A stretch of 64,000 bases of DNA, taken from NCBI GenBank assembly GCA_963693365.1, contig CAVNZM010000003.1, forward strand, positions 6,517,448-6,581,447. The letters run 5' to 3'. The position numbers and the translations under genes are program-made. The stretch is from Amoebidium appalachense (Eukaryota > Protista > Ichthyosporea). Positions within the stretch are counted from its first letter, which is position 1. Every line of letters starts with the position of its first letter. The notes under the pieces were generated by a model, which was not told the DNA's origin, did no database searches, and was given only the letters and a program-made list of their open reading frames with translations. This document shows, in pieces, positions 60,113 to 64,000 of this stretch.

Positions 60113-61146
60113 TCAGGCATCATAATGGTCCAAAGTCTTGATTTTGATCCAAGCCAAAAGCAATTTACCCTCCTCGACGATCTTGATGGCTGAGATAAAG
60201 AACGGCCTTTCTTGAGGACCACGGATAAAGATGATACCAGTGCTAAATTGTTCTGCTAATCCATGTTGCTCACACAAGCATGAGCTAGAAGTATACACCC
60301 AACCCTAATTTTTCTTTCATTTAAATATTTTTGCTCAGTATTCTGCTGTAAATACACCTCTACACCCCAACAAGGGTGCCCTCGTGCGGTCCCAACAAAC
60401 TCCTTTTTTCAGCCAGTGCAGCCGTTCGAATAAATCTCCCAAAATAGTAATTATTGAGCCGCAGATCTACATTTTGATTGGTATTAAGAACACCCATACA
60501 ATGTATTTTCCAATCAAATGAGTGCGCCTTAGTCACGCAAACTTCAAAATTCGTCACCCTGACTCGAACACGCGTGTTTCTGCGAATTTCCGTCGACATC
60601 ACATTTGTTATTGTGTTTTGTTTTTTCAGTGCCGTAATGACCCAAAGAGTGCAGCTACATGCGACCCCCTGCATGATATTTTGCCAAATAGTCACAGTTG
60701 TTGTGTCTGTCTGTCCAGCTTTTGGGATTTAAACTTATGATGATATTTTCCTGAGCCTCAGTGACCACTCTCTTTGCTATGCAGACACCCTGTGCCCCAC
60801 TCTCCCCTCTTCCTCCCCTCCCCCTGGCCCCTGGGCCCTGCCCCCCATCCAGGGCTGTCCGCCATGTGTGTGTATTTCGTACTCTGTAAACCAAATACCA
60901 TTCCCTTCCCCCCCCCCCCCTCCCCCCCCCCCCCCCAAAAAAAAAAGAAAAGAAAAGAAAAGAAAAGAAAAAGAAAAAGAAAGAAAGAAAGAAACTTGAA
61001 GAAAAGGAAAGAACACCACCCTCCTTCCTCACTTCTCCTTCCCTTGAACTTCTCAGGCTCTCAAAAACTTCTCATCTTCACTATCCGGCATCCTTCCACC
61101 TCGCCTAAAGATCCTGTACCCAGCCTTTATACGTACATGCAGGCCT
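60113..61146 (-). pseudogene. Probable degenerate Ser/Thr protein kinase (CDK/MAPK-like) relic
   Basis: Ordered degenerate motifs: LGTGSLGEV (~61100-61130, Gly loop), QNIMQGVA..LKKQN (alphaE/catalytic loop), VRVTNFEV (DFG position), NVDL..FG..LAEKRSLLGP.E (alphaF), EEGKLLL..LDHYDA (alphaH). Catalytic residues are lost and stops are present. Confidence 0.35.
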
Positions 61147-62147
61147 AGTCAGCATGATGCTCGACTACTGAAACAGTCTGACAGTGGGGGGGGGGCGAAC
61201 GACCTTAATGTGTTACTTATGTAGTACCAGCATGGTTTTCAAACGGGTGTAGTACCAGCAATTGTTTTCAATCGGGTGATGGTGCGCACATCAAGTTGTG
61301 CTGACTCATGTACACACACACCCAACACCGTACACACACGCACGCGTGGTGCACACACACACACAAAAAAAAAAAATACCTCTGAGGCTCTCTCCCCCTC
61401 ACTCGGCCTCGCCCCAACCCTCTCCACTCTCCTCCCCCCCCCCGCCCCCATCCCCCCCCCACCTTCTCTGCCCTCCCCCTCCTCCCCCCACTCAATCACT
61501 CACCCTCTCTCGCACTCTCCCTCTCTCACCGTCCCTCTCTCTCGCTCTCTCACCTGTTCTGCATGTTTGAATCGCACAACAACCGCCTCCCTTTTTCTAT
61601 CGCCCACTCTCCCTCTCCCTCTCCTTGCTCCGCTTCCTTTCCCCCTCCCCCTCCCTCTGCTTCAACTGATGCGCATGTCCATCCCCCTCCCTCTATCCTT
61701 CGCTCTCTCCCCCTCTCCCTCTCCCTCTCACGGCATTTGACAACATCAGGGCCTCCCTATTCGGTGTTCTTTGCTTACGTGCACACGCACGCACACGCAC
61801 ACGTGCGAAGTTGCACATGAATATATGTGTATGCAGTTGCCCCCTCCTCCTCCCGCCCCCGTCCCCCCCCCCCCCCCCCCCCCCCCCCGGCTCTCCGAGG
61901 CAACCCTGTTTCCTCCACCCCTCCCGATTCTGTGTTCTTTGTTCACAATCATACCCACACGCAAACACGCACACGTGCGCCCCGCATACGCACACACACA
62001 CACAAGCATTTTGGCACTTCCCCGCTTCAATCCCTCCCTTTTCCCTCCCTCTCCCTCTCCCCCTCTCTCTCTTTCTCTCTCAGCGACATTCTCTCTCTCT
62101 CTCTCCCCCCCCCCCCCCTCTCTCTCTCTCTCTCCCCCGCCCCCTCT

Positions 62148-62188
<41 letters not shown>

Positions 62189-62210
62189 CCTCCCCCCCCC
62201 CTCTCTCCCT

Positions 62211-62251
<41 letters not shown>

Positions 62252-63171
62252 CCCCCCCCCCCCCCCGTTTCTTTTAAACCCCTTTCCCTCCGTCCGCCAT
62301 ATTTCACGTTCTTCAACGGTTCACATAAACACACACACTTCCGCAACTCACTGACTAAGCATGTGTACCACCTGGATGAAACAATGTCCATGTGGGGAAC
62401 GTCATCCAATTTTTGTACAAGTGACTAGTAGCGGTAGCAGTGTGTTCTGAATTTACAAACAGGAGATTTATCGTGTCAAAAAAAAAAAAATACAAACTTA
62501 CCCTCACTCCCGACCGAGGCTGAAAGCCGAAGGGTGGGTAGTTTTTTCTTTTGACTGGATTTATTCGACGGAAAGGTATGGGTAATTGGGAGGGGTGTGA
62601 GGAGGTGAGCTGTTTTTGAGATGCAATTGAACACGTTACGGTATCCGGGCTGTGCGCACAGCCCATGCTGATCGCCGATCTACTGCCAAGCACACGTCAT
62701 AGAACTCCTGAGGAGCCAACACATGAGGCTTAGTGACATTTGCAAGCAAAGACACGCGCCGTGGAAGCGGAAGTCCAGAAATTAATTACACGTGATAGAT
62801 GAAGCCAACTCGCGCCTGTACAATTTTTAAGTCAGAACACGTGACACACGCATTTAAATTTCCATGCCAAAGCACGCGACGGAGACGTGTCACACGGCCT
62901 CTAAGTGCGCCATCGGCAAAACATGAGCGGAAGCATTTCCAACCAAAACACGCATCGTGGCAACATAATACAGTACACGTGATAGAAGACACGTGACAGA
63001 TAGAACAACCGTGATCATGTCCTCGCGCCTGTGCAGCTTGTGAGTCAGTGGCGCCGCCAGCCACAGCTGTCACACCCCCTCCCTCTCCCCCTAACACACA
63101 CACACCACCATCACCACCTTCTCCTGTCCCTCTTTCTCTCTCGAGCGCTCTCTCTGTACACACACACACAC

Positions 63172-63230
<59 letters not shown>

Positions 63231-63835
63231 ACACACACACACACGACACACGTGTACACACACACACACGACACACGTGTACACACACACACATGTGTAC
63301 ACACACGTCCCCACATAATCCTCCTCCTCCCCCAGGCCCTTCATTCATGCTCCTCCAGAGACCACCCCCAATAAAAATATGCATTTCACACACACACACA
63401 GGAAAATATCAGCCGAAATTTCGACCCTATGGGGGTGACTAATATTAAGATGTAGGGGACCATCGGTATGTGTGTGTGTGTGTGTGGTGGGGGGGGGGGG
63501 GGGGGGGGGATGGGGAGAGGGGGGGAGGACCCACCACCGAACTGGGAAGGAGCCTCCCCTCCCCACTGCCCCATCCCACCCCCCTCCCCTTCCCCCCCAT
63601 CCACACACGTACTACACATCCCGTGCACAAGAATATGTTGCTGTGCACACACAGACTGAGCGCAACTCACGGTAGAAAACGATCGATATATGGACACACG
63701 ATTGTGATTGTCGACGTCCTGTGCACACGTATACACACACATAATATTATCATAATGCACAAACACACAAACACACACAGTCACGTGCGCGCACGCGAGA
63801 GAGCGAGAGAGAGAGGTAGAGAGAGAGATAGGAGG

Positions 63836-63876
<41 letters not shown>

Positions 63877-64000
63877 GGACAGAGGGAGGGGGGGAGGGGG
63901 GGGGGAAGAGAGGGAGAGAGAGAGAGAGAGAGCCTTTGAGAGAATAAGAGAGAAAGCAGGACGCGGGAGGGGAGGGGGGGGGGGGGGGGGGGGGGAGGGG

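Noticed and set aside
62340-63070. Complex patches possibly coding
   Set aside because: No recognisable motif or gene model.

Overview
Eukaryotic, intron-rich window, probably from a unicellular opisthokont (inference), saturated with poly(G/C), (TG)n and (GA)n tracts that generate most of the listed ORFs as artefacts. About 2.2-23.4 kb is a nested retroelement stack that can be resolved by target-site duplications (TSDs). The host is a non-LTR retrotransposon (LINE): a zinc-knuckle ORF1, and an ORF2 whose APE endonuclease and RT are separated by a ~4.8-kb in-frame Gln/Pro tandem array. Its ORF1 is interrupted by (i) an antisense, 5'-truncated poly(A) retrocopy (16-bp TSD) and (ii) a full-length chromodomain Ty3/Gypsy element (5-bp TSD). 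The Gypsy 3' LTR in turn carries a three-LTR tandem TRIM with a Copia-type half-tRNAiMet primer site (5-bp TSD). The rest holds a cyclin G/I-like gene, a ~20-kb multi-exon GPAT/DHAPAT acyltransferase gene (minus strand) with an intronic tRNA-Thr(CGT), a divergent 7-exon 14-3-3 gene, intronic dispersed repeats, a MITE candidate, and decayed gene relics (an orphan ORF and a probable kinase pseudogene) at 57.8-61.2 kb.
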